Assembly (NCBI GenBank): GCA_033442325.1 | Contig: JAWQFM010000012.1 | Location: 125,708-189,707, forward strand | Origin: Salpingoeca rosetta | Taxonomy: Eukaryota > Protista > Choanoflagellata | Direction of reading: 5' to 3' | DNA length: 64,000 bases | Part shown: positions 28,652 to 43,478 of the stretch, piece by piece | How positions within the stretch are numbered: the stretch's first letter is position 1 | Layout: each line of letters begins with the position of its first letter | Notes under the pieces: generated by a model | The model's input: only the letters and a program-made list of their open reading frames with translations | What the model was told of the DNA's origin: nothing | The model's database searches: none | Made by a program: the position numbers and the translations under genes

Positions 28652-30252
28652 TGAAGGTGGTGGGTGTGGTGGTGGCTGATTGTTGGCTGAGTCAGAACAT
28701 AACAGATCAATTCACCCATGGCAACGCCACCTGCTGTGCTCCCTCCCTGCTCCCATATTCAGCTGCTGGCAAACGGCGACTACGAGTACCTTCAGTCGCT
28801 CGACCAGCTCCAGCGCTGCCAGGAGCAGGGCACTGCCTTTGCAGACTTCAGCGAAGGGCCAATCAAGTTTCTTCCCACGTTCAAGGTGCGGTGATGAGGA
28901 TGCTGGGTGATGCTTGTTTGGTTGCGACTCGAACGCAGCCAGCTTGTAAAATGCACATGCACACACCCATGCACTTACCCATGCACGAACGCACATTCTC
29001 TTGCCACCGCACGCTCTTACACATACACTCACACACACGCACTCACACACACACGCACTCACACTCACACTCACACTCACACTCACACTCACACTAACAC
29101 TCACACTCACACTCACACTCACACTCACACTCACTTGCACTTGCACGCCCACTTACTAACACCACACATCATACATTCATTCTCCCTCCCTCTCCCGCTT
29201 CTGCCACGTGTGCAGTATGACATCGGGACGTCGCGTTTCGACACGTCGCAGAAGCAGCGCGTGCCGTCCTGGACAGACCGGATCCTATGGAAGACAAAAC
29301 CAGAACTGAGCAACCGCGTCACGTGCCAGCTCTACTCGAGCGTCCCAAAGGTCACCTCGTCAGACCACAAGTGCGTTCATGTGTGTGTGCGTGCGTGGTG
29401 GAAAGAGGTGTGCCTCACTAGCAGCCATTTGCTACAGTCATTCGTGTTTCTAAATGAGTCACAAGGAGAGCCAGTGCCTCATCCACCGTCCCATCCACCT
29501 CACCATCCATCACCACCACCCGTGTCCCCCACCCCCACCTTCTTCGCGGCCACATTGGTGACAGACCCGTGTTTGGCACGTACACCATCCAGCTGCCTGA
29601 GCTAGGAGAGGGCAACACGGTACTCGACCTTGACCGTACGCATCCATATGACTTCAAGGCGTACATGAAGGGAAACAGGCGCCACTTCTTCCAGAACGCC
29701 CCCTCCCTCGCCAGCACAGACAACTCCATTTCCGAAGCGTACGTTGCGCGCGCGCGTGTGTGTGTGTGTTGTGGTGTGTCTGTGTCCGTGTCTGTGTCTG
29801 TGGGTGTGTGCATGTGTGTGTCTGGGTGTCTGTGTGTCGTGTTGTGTTGTGTGTGTGTATTATGTTATGTTATGTGTTGTGTTGTGTGTGTGTATTATGT
29901 TATGTTATGTGTTATGTTATGTGTTATGCTATGTTATGTGTTATGTTATGTTATGTGTTATGTTCAAGTCACGTCGTTGCTCTTCACTTGCTTCAGACGT
30001 CCTGCCCACCAACCAGCACATCCACACATGCATGTTCCATGCAACCCCTCGTCCTCTGCCTTCTCCCCCCAACCCCACCCCGTCTGACTCAATGTACTCA
30101 TGCGATCATGGACCATAACCACCCCCCCCCCCGAACTTTGTGCCTGCAGGCATGATCGCCCACCCACCGCGCCAGCCTCCGCCACCAACACTATCCGGCC
30201 CACCTTCCGTGACCGGGTTGCCTATCGCAGTGCGATCTGTTCCGTTATGTAG
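24094..30252 (+). CDS. INPP5E: Inositol polyphosphate 5-phosphatase E (ciliary type) with long disordered N-terminus and C-terminal CaaX
   Basis: IHVVTWNM, DLYVVATQE, LRTKGAVG, SHLAAH, VFWCGDLNYR, FLPTFKYD..RVPSWTDRILW, SSDHKPVFG. The last exon (30150-30252) ends SAICSVM*, comparable to STICSVS in human INPP5E. Confidence 0.9.
29857..29964. repeat. (TGTTA)n pentanucleotide microsatellite in last INPP5E intron
   Basis: Imperfect run of TGTTA units. Confidence 0.85.
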
Positions 30253-30733
30253 CCAGCAGCAACCCCCCCACAAGCATGAAGAACCACAAGCAAAGGAAGG
30301 GTGCCCCCTTTGTTCGCGTGCATGCACGTCATGATTCCCATGGCTACCTTTTGCTTTTGCCTGCTTTGCTTTTGCTGGCTTGCTTGCTTGATGCCAGCAT
30401 CGTGTTGTTTACTGCGACCGCCAACATCTTCAATCAACCCTTCTGTTTTCTTCCCTTCATCTTGTTTAACCGCCACTTGAATGACTGCATGCTTGAATAC
30501 GAAAGCGCTCGTGTGTAATTGAAGCACCAATGTGAATGTCGGGTGTTTGTTTCTCCCTCCGCCTGCCTGTCCATTGTATTTTACATTAGGTTCGGTCTGT
30601 TGTGTGATTTGATGAATGTGTATTTCACTGCTATGAAACCTCTCGCTTGGAAACGTGCAGAAGATGAACTTCAGGTGTGTGTGTGTGTGCGTGTGTGTCT
30701 GTGTGTGTGTGTGTGTGTGTGCGTGTGTGCGTG

Positions 30734-30768
<35 letters not shown>

Positions 30769-30866
30769 GCGAAAGGGGGGCAGGACACAACATCCACAAC
30801 AAACACACACACATGCCCTGACGATTCTGTGCAATTACAGCAAACCCCTCCTCCAAAGCACGAGGG

Positions 30867-32821
30867 ATGACGCTGGCGACGCTGGTTGGTGTGGCTGTGT
30901 TCGTGGCGCTGGCGTGTGGCACGCTCGCGGTGCCGCAGCAGCAGCACAGCGGCAGTGCTCGTCGGCACAAGCACGTTGGTGCCATGAACCAGGGTCTGCT
31001 TCACGTCATGCGCAAGCAAGGCCACGACACTTCTGACATCTTCACGCCAGTGTCTGCCGACGTCAAGTGGTGTGTTGTTGTGGTTGTATGTGTGTCTGTG
31101 TGTGTATGGGTATGTGTCCTGCTGTGTGTATGTATGTGTAGGTGTGTATATGTGTGTGTTTGTCTTGTCTACCTGTTGTTGGCCTGCCTGCTCGACCTCT
31201 CCACATGGCGCTCTTGCATGGTGCCTTTGTTCCATTGCACTTCCTTCCGTGCGTCCTGCTCACCTTGTTGTGGTGCACGTGTCCGACCCATCCCAACATT
31301 GCCTCATCAGGTTCACGCAGAAGGTTGACCACTTCAACCCACAGGACACCCGCACGTTCCAGCAGCAGTACCAGGTCAACGCCACGTACCACAAGCAGGG
31401 AGGCCCCGTCTTCCTGATGCTGGGCGGCGAGGGCCCCGCGTCCCCGCGCTGGCTTGAGATTGACACGGCCATCATGATCTACGCCCGCCAGCACGACGCC
31501 GTCGTCGTCCAACTCGAGCACAGGTGTGCGTGTGTCTGTGTGTCGAAGTGTCGAAGTGTCTGTGTTTTGTGTGGATGTGTCGATGCGTCTGTGTGTGTCT
31601 ATGTTTGTGTCTGTCTGTTTGCCTGTGCTTGTGGTAGTGTCTGGGTTTGTGTGTGTGCGCGCGTGTTTGTGTGCGTGTGTCTGTCTGTCTATGTTTGTGT
31701 CTGTCTGTCTGTTTCTGTCCTTTCTCTGCCCCTGTGTGTTTCAGTCTGTCTGTTCTTCTCGCTTGTGTGCACCCTGCGTGGCTCGTCACACTCAACCTGC
31801 ATCAAGCTCGTGCTTCACCGTGTTTGCTGACTGACGTGCGCTTGCCATGTCCCTCTTCGTAAGGTTCTACGGCAAGTCGCAGCCGTTCAAGGATCTCTCT
31901 ACCGACCATCTGCAGTACCTCAGCAGCGAGCAGGTCAGTGCCGCCCATGCATCATGCTGACGCATACACGCACGCACACAACACAACACACAACACACAA
32001 AGACGCACACACGCAAACACGCATACACGCACGCACACACAAACACACACACACACACAAACACACACACACGCACACACATATCATCACCCACGCTTGA
32101 TGAATTGGTTTCAACGTGTGCCCCCCCCCCATTGTGTGTCCTCATGTGTATGTGTGACTGCAGGCGCTCGCTGATGCCGCCAACTTCCTGACCAGCTTCA
32201 TGCCCGGTGCACCCGCCGTTGTCTTTGGCGGCTCGTACTCTGGCGCCCTCGCAGCGTTCTTCCGCTCAAAGTCGGTGATGGTGTGTGTGTCTGTGTCTGT
32301 GTTTGTGTGTGTCTGTGTCTGTGTGTCTGTGTGTCTGTGTGTCTGTGTGTGTCTGTGTGTGTGTGTGTGTCTGTGTGTGCGTCTGTGTGTGTGTGTGTGT
32401 GTGTGTTTGTGTTTGTGTGTGTGTGTGTATCTGTGTGTTCATACGTGCGTGTGCACATGTGTGCGATGTGACTGTCTTGACCATATCACCACGCGCGAAA
32501 CCAGCTGTGCCTCACCTGCAAACATCCCCCACCGCACTCCCAACACAACCTCCCTCCCTGCACGTGCTTTGACAGGTACCCGCATCTTGTGAATGGCGCC
32601 ATCTCCACATCCTCCCCCGTGTATGCACTCGTTGACTTCCACCAGTACCACGAGGTGGTCCGGAACAGCCTCGCCACAGTGCCCCACAACGGCTCACACT
32701 GCTCAGCTGGTTCGTGCCCGCGCAGGCGTTGGCCGCTCTGATGAGCAAACAGCCAAAACAAGTTCCTGATGCGTGGGTGTGTGTGTGTGTGTGTGTGCGT
32801 GTGTGCTGTGCTGAGCGGGTG

Positions 32822-32917
<96 letters not shown>

Positions 32918-33648
32918 ATGTGTGCCCTCACCGAACAGGTGCACTGTCGGCAGTTCGCATCTACACCACTGCTCATCCTCTGCCAACTCCCCTCGCTCCA
33001 CCTGCACATGTGCATATGCGCAGCGATTGCGACTGCGACGGAGAAGATCCAGACGATGCTGAAGACGACAAACGGGCGGAAGCAGCTGGCAAAGGACTTC
33101 AACTTGTGCGGTGACAGCGACGTCACGCATGATGATGACATTGAGACACTCTTCACCAACCTTGCAGGCAACATCGACGGTGCGTGCGTACGTGTGTGTG
33201 TTTGCGCGCGTACCTGTGTATACGTACACGTGTGTGTGTGCGTGTGTGTGTGTGCGTGCGTGTTTGCATTTGTGTGTGTGTGTGTGCGTGTGCGTTTTTG
33301 CATTTGTGTTTGCGTGTGTGTTTGAATGTGCGTTTGCACTTGTGTGACTTGAACTCGCACAATCGCATGCTCATGTCCTCAACACACATGCACGTGCAGG
33401 TGTTGTGCAGTACAACCTGGACAACAACCACTTTGAGGGCCGCACGAAGGTGCCCACCATCACGGACGTGTGTGCGGTGATGGCTGCCACGCCAAACGAC
33501 CCCTACGCCGCATACGCCAACCTTCAAAAGTGCGCCAATCATGTCAAGAGGAGGAGGAGTGGGGGGGCACATGCGATGTGTGGCTACCTGGAACAAGCAC
33601 ACGATCGCTGCTGCCATGTTTGCCCGCGCACAGTTGTGCTGCTTCCCG

Positions 33649-33724
<76 letters not shown>

Positions 33725-33844
33725 GGTACTTGACTGGCGGGGAGTGCATCGAGACGTCGTACGCGAACATGATCGCGGAGATGAAGAACACATCGCTCTC
33801 GTCGGATGTCGCCGGCGGTATGCGCCAGTGGATCTACCAGGTGA

Positions 33845-33923
<79 letters not shown>

Positions 33924-34007
33924 ACACACATGCATCCACGTGCGCAAGTATGTTTTCGTGATGTCGCTGATTCGCACACCTCTCCTCGCACGAGGCTCAC
34001 CACCACT

Positions 34008-34083
<76 letters not shown>

Positions 34084-34860
34084 CGATGTCACTGGTGCCG
34101 CGAGCAGACGTGCGTTGAGTTTGGGTTCTACCAGACGAGTGAAGGCAACGACAAGCCCTTCCTCAACACCATCTCGCTCAAGTACAACCTCGACCAGTGC
34201 TCCGATATCTACGGTGTCCCCGGCCCAAACGTCAACTGGACAAACGCAAACTACGGTCTGCACATGCGCTGTGTGATCTGATGTGATGTGATGTGTGTAT
34301 ATATCTGTGTATATGTGTGATGTGTATGTGTGTGATGTGTGCGTGTGTGTGTGTTGTGAGTGGAAGCCACTTCCAGCGCGAACACATACGCATGCTTCGT
34401 CACGCATCCGCAAGTGCTTGTTCTCACCTCCTCCTCCATCCATCCATCCATCCATCCACACTTCACCAGGCGGCTATGATGTGGCTGGCACGAACATTGT
34501 GTATGTCAACGGGTTGATTGATCCCTGGCACGCCCTCAGCCGCACAGACACCGCTCTCCCCGATGGCTGCGACGCAATTGTCATTCCGCAAACGGCGCAC
34601 TGGTACACGCACACGTTTGCTCGGTGTATGTGTTTGTGTGCGTGCGTGTGCGTGTGTGCCTGTGTGTGCCTGTACTTTCCATGTTTGCTCGTCTCCTCGC
34701 CTTTCTCCACTCACCACGTCCCCCCCCCCCTCTCCACTCACCTCGTCACCAATGTGGCAGTGCGAACATGTACCCACCCAGCCCCGATGATCCGCCAGCA
34801 CTCACGCGCGCACGCGAGACCATCTCCAGCTACCTCGGCGTGTGGACGGGCGGCAACTGA
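30867..34860 (+). CDS. Secreted/lysosomal serine peptidase family S28 (PRSS16/PRCP-like), ~11 exons
   Basis: Signal peptide [21 protein letters not shown]; [50 protein letters not shown] (Ser), [24 protein letters not shown] (Asp), TAHCANM (His). Confidence 0.92.
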
Positions 34861-34993
34861 ACGCATGTGCACAACGGCACACGCACCAGCCACGCGTCGC
34901 CCTGTATGGCTTTCCTTCCTTTACTGTTGCGATGCTGGTTGTTTCCCATACACTCTTGCGCCATATCAGCGAAAGAACAACAAGATCACGGAG

Positions 34994-35085
<92 letters not shown>

Positions 35086-35098
35086 CACAATGTGTTGC

Positions 35099-37247
35099 CT
35101 ATGCCTGCTTGCCATGTTTTGCTGCTGGCGGTGCGTGCCCAAAGTTGAACGCCTTGACCTGGGCATCGTCCATATCCACGAGTGCCTGCAACGCCTGCCA
35201 CCCTGGCGCCGCCGTAACGAGCAGATACGTGTTGGTTGGATCCTGGCTGAAGCTGTATGCGCTCATGATGCAGCTTTGGCACAGGCGTGCTGCGGTGAGG
35301 GTGTGAAGGAGAGACAGCTCGGCTGGCGTGAGTGGGAGGATGGCCTGGTATTCGCGCCCAATGGTTGACGCCACATGCTGCAAATCCGACTTCTCAAGGC
35401 ACGCTGCACATACACGGGGGAGGGAGTGGGCGATGGGTTGAGAGGGGGTGGTTGATATGGCATGGAGCTGTCGTGCAGCCAGTGCCAGGGCATACGCACA
35501 CGCGTGCGCGCACGCACTCACACACATGAACAAACAACCAAACACACACACAAACAAACAAACAAACCAAACCACACCAAACCAAACCAAATCAAACCAA
35601 ACCACCAAAGACATTCAAGCATGACTGGGTGATGCCCCACCGTATGCGATGCAGATGGCGAGCTCGTTGATGCGCCACGAGTGAACGACGTCGCCAAAGT
35701 CAAGAAACCCGGAGACACCACTTCCGTCCTCGCTCATCACGATGTTGTGGTCGTTTGCATCGTTCTGCAGCACACACGAGGGCAAGGCGCTGGCCAGCTG
35801 CGGCACCTGCGCCTCGTATCGCTCCATCACCTTGGTGGCGAGCGCACGCTTGCTGTCGTCTGTGATGTGGGGCAGGAACACGTGCAGCTGCGACAGGTGC
35901 TGCAGGTCCCACAGGTGCACGCGGTGGCAGCCCGGGTGGTCGAAGCTGTCGCGTGTGTGCAGATGATATGGGTGGATGGATGGGGTTGAGAAAAGGTGCA
36001 CTGGGAGGGGATGGAGGGGTGCGCATTACGATAGCACGCTCGTGCAGGCACAACTGAGAGTACAGCAGCACGCGCAGACGCATACACACACATACACACA
36101 TGCGCACACGCGCACACGCACATTTGCACAGACACACACACGCGCGCGTACATGATGCTGACCTTTGAAGGGCAAGGTCCATGCGTGCGAGGGAGGCGCC
36201 GAGGTCGGCCAGGACGGCGTCCGTATGTTCAACCTCGCACATCAGTTTGCCGGGCAAATACGCAAGCAAGCGAATGCCATGGCGCACTTGGTGGCAGCAA
36301 ACGCATGAAGGCGTACAGCAACAAGCAACAAGAGCAAATGTGAGCGTGTGGTGCAAGGCAGGGACCTCAAAGTGGAGTGTGCAATTTGCTGGAGGCGCAA
36401 CCTGTATGACAGCAGCGGCAGTATGGCGCGGTACCTTTCTTGCCATCTGGTCGCTGGAGCTCCTTGTAGATGATGTGTTGATTCGGGTTTGAGGCGAGCG
36501 GCAGCGGCACTGGTGCTGCGACCTTGTTCTTGTGCAGGTGCAGCAGCAACTTATTCTGTGCATCGAGGAACGTCTCCCTCTCCGGCCGTGAGTCCGCTCC
36601 TTGAAATGTGACGCATGTAGTGTGTGTAGATGTTGTGCGCGTGTGTGTGTGTTGTGTGTGTTGTGTGTGTGTGTGTGTTGTGTGCGTGTTGTGTGTGCGT
36701 GTTGTGTGTGTGTGCGTGTGCGCGTGTGTGAGTGTGTGAGTGTGTGTGCGCGCGTGTGTGAACAAGGTGCTTTTGGGAGCAGTGTGAGCAAGGTGCTTTT
36801 GGGAGGTGCTTGTGCAACCAGTGCGGTCAGTTCACATTTACATCCCACAACGCCTGACTAGTCGCCTCTCCCATCTCCATAGTCCACCACACACGCATAC
36901 GGTGCGGCCACGCACCGTTGTGAACCTTGAACACGAAGCTGCCTCGTGTTGCGGAGATGAGGTAGTTCCTGTCATCGTAGGAATCAAACTCCTTCTCCAC
37001 AGTGGCGTTTTCCAATCCAAACTCCTCCTGGCACAGCTGCACAATCAGTGCCGAATCCACCTTTGGCGGCTTCAGCGCCTTCCTGGTTCACAGGCACACA
37101 TGCACATAATCAATTAATGCATGAGCCAGTGACATACGTGATGTGAAGCTGCGTGGATGCGCAACGTGGTTTGACATTGTGGTCGGTGGCACAGGCGTGC
37201 GCTCACTCGCTCGCATCACCGCACCTCAAGATTTCTTCCTCGCTCAT
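35099..37247 (-). CDS. HYKK: Hydroxylysine kinase / aminoglycoside-phosphotransferase-domain protein (AGPHD1-like)
   Basis: MSEEEILR/KALKP.., FDSYDDRNYL, FVFKVHN, IRLLAYLPG, GASLARMDLAL, HLWDL, LQNDANDHNIV, FLDFGD, ELAICIAY, ARLCQS, NTYLL. Confidence 0.82.
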
Positions 37248-37505
37248 TGTTGATTATAATTCGAAGTGATGTTAATGGGTACATCTCCAACGTGGACAAG
37301 GGTTAACTCACCATAAAGTAACATCGAATCAACAAATAATCACCATCAGACTTGTGACGTTTTTTTTTTGGCATTCCAGTCAGCCACACGTCTGTTGCTT
37401 GTTGCGAGGCTTGTCGCTGGCTCGCTTCGCTTGTTTGCATTGACTCTGAAGACAAAGGACACACAGAAAAGGTGACTCAAATGGCCAAGTGGGCGTGGAT
37501 TGTTG

Positions 37506-37576
<71 letters not shown>

Positions 37577-37834
37577 TGTGTGTCTCAGAGACACACACTG
37601 TGAGAGAGTGACACAGTCACTCACACCGTGTCTGTGTATACACACAGACAGGTACGCGCAAGCGAGAGACGAGCATTGGAGGGGGTGTGTGTCTTTTAAA
37701 TCAAAGTAGCAATTAAACCAATGGGAAGTAGGGGACAAGGAAGAAACAACACACATGCCATTCAAAGAAATCAGATAACCACGTGAACAGAGAACAGAAT
37801 TGATCGGATGGTGGGGACCCACCCACCCCATAAC

Positions 37835-37934
37835 NNNNNNNNNNNNNNNNNNNNNNNNNNNNNNNNNNNNNNNNNNNNNNNNNNNNNNNNNNNNNNNNNN
37901 NNNNNNNNNNNNNNNNNNNNNNNNNNNNNNNNNN
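37835..37934. other. Assembly gap (100 N)
   Basis: Run of N. Confidence 1.
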
Positions 37935-37946
37935 AGGGTGGGGGGG

Positions 37947-38020
<74 letters not shown>

Positions 38021-38059
38021 GTGAATGGAAGAAGAGTGGTTTTGTTCTGTAACTCCTCC

Positions 38060-38111
<52 letters not shown>

Positions 38112-38220
38112 ACACTCACACACACTCACACACACGCGCATTGACGCATGTTGCTGCCCTTGCGATCAGGGTTGCCTTTGGCGCATATGTGTTGGTGGCG
38201 TCAGTGGAAGGATCAACACC

Positions 38221-38458
38221 ATGCCATCAGACAAGTCGGGAAGCACCCTGACAGCCGAAAAATCAGGATCGGGCGATGGCACGCCAGCCACCCCACAACC
38301 ATCTTCCAACACAGCACCAACACCATCCACCGCACGCAGAAAACGAAGGGTGAGAGAGAGAGAGAGCATGTGTGTCTGTGTTCCTGTGTGTGTCTGTGTG
38401 TGTGTGTGTGTATGTTCCTGTGTGTGTCTGTGTTCCTGTGTGTGCCTGTGTGTACCTC

Positions 38459-38489
<31 letters not shown>

Positions 38490-40321
38490 TCCTGTGTGTG
38501 TCTCTGTGTGTACCTCTGTGTGTGTGTATTTGAGAGAGAGAGAGAGTGTGTGTGTGTGTGTGTGTGTGCATCCCCCTCCCTTCCGCCCCCCCCCCTCTCT
38601 GCTGCAGTTGCAGGCATGAGAGCAACCTCCCCCTCCGACACCCACCCACCACACACACACACACACATTGTGTCCTTTTCGTCGCAGTTTCTGTTCTTTC
38701 GGCTCGGCGATGAGCTGATAGGCCACAAGCCAAAGAAGAAGCTGCCATTCCGGCTGCTTCGGCGGTCTACGGCGTCATCCCCGGCCAAGGCAGGAGGCCT
38801 GGGCACGGTGGGCGAAGCAGGCGGTACCAGCGATCCAGCACAGGCAGCGGCGCCATCATCGTCGTCATCGTCGTCGCCACCACCATCGTCTGGCAAGCTG
38901 AGCCGGCGGGAACGCAAGGAACGCAAGAGCAAGAGGAAAGAAAAGAAGAAGAAGGACAAGGCCAAGGACAAGGACAAAGATGAGCGCAACAAACAGCAGT
39001 CACCGCCAGCATTAGCGCTGGATGACGCACAGCAGCCAAGCACTACGGACTCACAAAAGAGCGCATTTGCCAGCACACATATCACCACCCAACAGCAGCA
39101 ACAGCAGCAGCCGGAGCATGGTGGCGAAGGCGCTGATGGCGCGAGTCAGACGTCATCATCTTGCGCGTCGTCTGCATCCGCACCACGAACACCGACAACA
39201 CCCCGCCGGTCCACCACGAGTGACGTGCTGCTGGACACGGCTGGAGACGCCGCCCTGCCCACGTCACCGCAGCACCTCGGCCCAATCCCGCGCCCATCCG
39301 GTCAGCAGCCGTGTTGCTTTGTTTGCGGAGGGTGTGTCTGTCTGTGTTTGTGTCTGCGTCTGTGTCTGTCTGTGTTTGAGTCTGTCTGTCTATCTGTGTC
39401 TGTGTCTTTATGAATGTGTGCTGTGTAGTTCTGTTGTGTTGAGTCTGTCATTCTGCGTGAATGCCTCCATATGTCTGTCTGTCCCTCTGTCTGTTTGTGC
39501 CTGTCTGCCTTCTCGCATGCCTCACTGCCAACCTTCACCCATCCAACTCACGTGTCCCCTCACCAACGCCGCCCAACATTTATTTCAAACAGGCCTGTCG
39601 CGGGAGCTGTCGATATCGGGAGCCATGTCCTCTGCGGCGGTTGCGGGCGTGACAGCAACTGCATTTGACCGCGCCGCTGCCCGCTCCATGCGCATGTCCC
39701 GCCACCGCCACCGCCGCCCCAGCATCTTCGATGAGCCCATCACACACGTTGTCTCTGGCACGGTCACCGTCCGGCGCGCATCCATATTCGACCCCTCGCC
39801 CTCACCCACCGACGCCACCACCCACGATCAACACGCCATCATCAATGGTGATGGTGGTGCGTGGGGCCGTGCGCGCCCGTCTGTGCTACGGCGAGCGGGG
39901 GGACTGGTGCGTTCCACGTCAGCCAGCGACCTCTTCACCAGCACGAAGAGCAAGCACGCGAGTGGTGATGGCGGCGGCGGTGATGGTGAGGAAGAGAAGA
40001 TGGAAGAGCAGCGTGGAGAGGAGGATGCGGGTGAGAGCGAGGGCAAGGGTGCCCCTGGTACAGGTGAGCGAACACAAAACAAAGAGGGAGAAGGGAGCGA
40101 GCACGAGGACGATGTTGCGGCGCTGTTGACACCGGTTGAGAGCCAGCGCCCAAAGAGCGAACAGGTCTTCACCCCAGAGGCAATGGTGCGTGCACGCAAA
40201 CAGCCCGGCTCTTACCGTACATGTGTGTGTGTGCGTGCGTGTATGTGTGTGTGTGCGTGGAGTATGTGTATGTGTGTGTGTGTGTGTGTGCGTGCGTGTG
40301 TGTGTGTGTGTGTGTGTGTGC

Positions 40322-40405
<84 letters not shown>

Positions 40406-41019
40406 CTTGAGCCCAAGTTCAACGTATTCAGTACATCTGTTTGTGCGTCCAATTCATGTTCCAGCTCACATTTGTCACCACCACCACCAACCACCACCGC
40501 AACTGCTTATGCACTATCAAGGGAGAGGGCCCAGCGTTTTCGCTGGAGTTCTCATGCGATCAGCAGCAGCAGGAGGAGAAGGGGAAGGAGAAGAAGGAAG
40601 AGGGCAACGGAGTTGATGAGGAGAAGGGGAAGGAGGTGGTGAAGCAGCAAGAGATGAACGACAACGAGCAAGATAACGGCCAACACGAAGAAGAGCGAGA
40701 GGAGGAGGAGGAGGAGGCGCCTGTGCTGGACGATCCGTCCACAGAGGAACGACATGCGGCTGCTCGCTCGTTCAGGTGCGATGGTGATGGTGGTGTTGGT
40801 GGTGATGGTAGCCGTGGTGGCGGTTGTGGTGACACGCGATTTGGTGGCCCCTTTGATGCTCGCTCACATGACGGGTGGACGATACTGTCTGATCTTGGGC
40901 ACTGGTTTGCTTGCAGGCATTCTTGGCACGGTCGCACCGCGTTTGACGAAACACAAGGTGTGTGTGTGTGTGTGTGTGTCTGTGTGTCTGTGTGTCTGTG
41001 TCTGTGTGTCTGTGTCTGT

Positions 41020-41062
<43 letters not shown>

Positions 41063-42127
41063 TGCATGTCTGTCTGTGTGTGTGTGTGTGTGTTTGTACA
41101 ACCCACGCCACTCACTCACATACATACGCACTCCTCTCCCCCCCCCCCTTCTTCACTCCCGCGTCCCCCGTGCGCAGATGAGGCTGACGTGGACGAGCTG
41201 CCGTCCTCAGTGTTCCGCATCACCGACCTGGAAGTAGGCCGCGTGCTGGGAAAGGTGAGGCAGAGCATGTGTGTTTCTGTGTGTGTATGTGTATGTGTGT
41301 GTGTATGTCTGTCTGTCTGTGTGTGCATGTGTGTTTGTGAGCAGTGCATTCATTATCATTCAATGGCCACAGCCAAAGCAACTCACCCATACTGCCGGCT
41401 GTGTTTGCACATATGTGTGTGTCAGGGGTTCTATGGCCGCGTGCTGCAGTGCACACACAAATACACCGGCGAAACCGTGGTGGTCAAGGAGCTGATTCGC
41501 ACGTACGTGTGACTCCGGACCACGTGGTGGTGGGCGCGCATGTGCCCAGTGTTTGCCCACTTCTGTAGAGACGTGATGATTCTCATGGTCCATTCATTCA
41601 CACACGCACGCACGCACACAAACATACGCACGCACGCACGCACGCACACATGCACCGCAGGGACTCTGAGGCAAAGGCGCTGTTTGTGCAGGAGATGAGT
41701 CTGCTGAAGAAATTGAAGCACAGGAACGTGCTCAGGTTCATTGGCATCTTCTACAGCAACGACAAGGTGCCAGTACCATCGCATTGTAGTACATTGCATG
41801 AGCAGAAAGAAGCGGGGGTGGGGTTAACGTCGTGAGATTTCGTTTCACGGTACTTGTTTCACGATACTTGTTTCCCTGGACTCAATTGTTGTCCAGTGTT
41901 CCTCGCTCACGTCATGCCATGTTCCCCTCTTCCACCGCCATGGCAGCTGCACCTGGTCACGGAGTATGTTGACAACGGGACGCTGCGCAACCACATTCTC
42001 AACGAGGCAGAGACACTCCCGTGGGATCTCAGGTGCACACACGCGTATATGGTCGTGATGTTGTGTGGGGGATGTGGGGGGTGTGTGTGTATGTGTGCGT
42101 ATGTGTATGTGTGTGTGTGTTGGGGGT

Positions 42128-42171
<44 letters not shown>

Positions 42172-43407
42172 GGAGGTGGTGTGCTGGGGTGGTGTTGTTG
42201 TGTGATTGTGTGATTGTGTGTGTATGCGTGTGTGAACTGACAACACATGAGGTGCAAGTCTCCATGTCGTGTGCACGCCATACTCACTGCAATCCACCTC
42301 ATTCCTTTCCGTCCGTTTCGTGTCGGGTTGCAGGGTGCAGATGGTGCGCGATGTTGCGCTGGGAATGGAATATCTCCATGGCCAATCGTGCGTCTCCGCT
42401 GTTTTGCTTGCAGGCACACAACAGAGCAAGAGAGAGAACAAGAGAGTGTGTGTGTATGTGTGTGTGTGTGTGTGTGCATCGGTGTTCCTTTGCCTCGATG
42501 ATCTTCTGCCCTCACGCTGTACTGTGCCTGCGTGTGTTTAGCATCATCCATCGCGATTTGAAGACGGAGAACTGCCTTGTCCGCCACGACATGAGCATCG
42601 TCCTCTGCGACTTTGGACTCGCAAGAGTGATGAAAGGGGAAGTGTTCAAGGAACGGCGCTGTAAGTCACACGCTCGTGCTTCCCACCCACTTGAGCAATT
42701 GCCTTCATCCATCGCCCACCCAACCCCCAACTGCAATTTTCTTGTTTCCCTGCCCTTGCTTCTCGCACCCTGGCCTCACCCCACCCCCCCCCCCCCACCT
42801 CGCTCTGCACGCTACGTCGGCCATTCTTGTCTGCGTGTGTCCAGCGCTCGACCGCGGCCTTACCCACTCCATGCGCGTGCTCCCGGCCGTCTCCCCCGCC
42901 GCCCGCGCACACATGACCGTCGTCGGCACGCCAGACTGGTGCGTGAACACACACGCACACACGCATGTCGTTCGTTCATTGTGTGTGTCTGTGTGTGATT
43001 AGACTTGTACATAACCGCCACCTCACCTTGATCTTTTCTACTGCCTTGTCCGCGCTGGCAGGATGGCCCCGGAGATGATTATGAGCGGCGACTACAACCA
43101 GTCAGCAGACGTGTTCTCCTTTGGTGCGGTACCCCACCACACGCACGCTCGCAATGCAGACCACACACCCTCACACACGCACATGCACCACAATTACACG
43201 AGCACACATACACATACGTACTGACCACCCACCAACTCACATTGGGATGCTGTATCGTGTGACAGGGCTGATTGTGTGCTCGCTGATTGCGCGCATGGAC
43301 CCTGACCCAGATCTCATCCGAACGCACACGTTTGGCCTCGACCACGCAAAGTTCAGGTCTGCGTGCGTGTGTGTTGGGGGGGGGGGTTGTTCGTTTGTGT
43401 GTGTGTT

Positions 43408-43478
<71 letters not shown>

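Noticed and set aside
37590-37834. Atypical sequence next to a gap (also 62066-62300) as possible mobile element
   Set aside because: No TIR, LTR or coding signal; contig-end sequence of doubtful quality.
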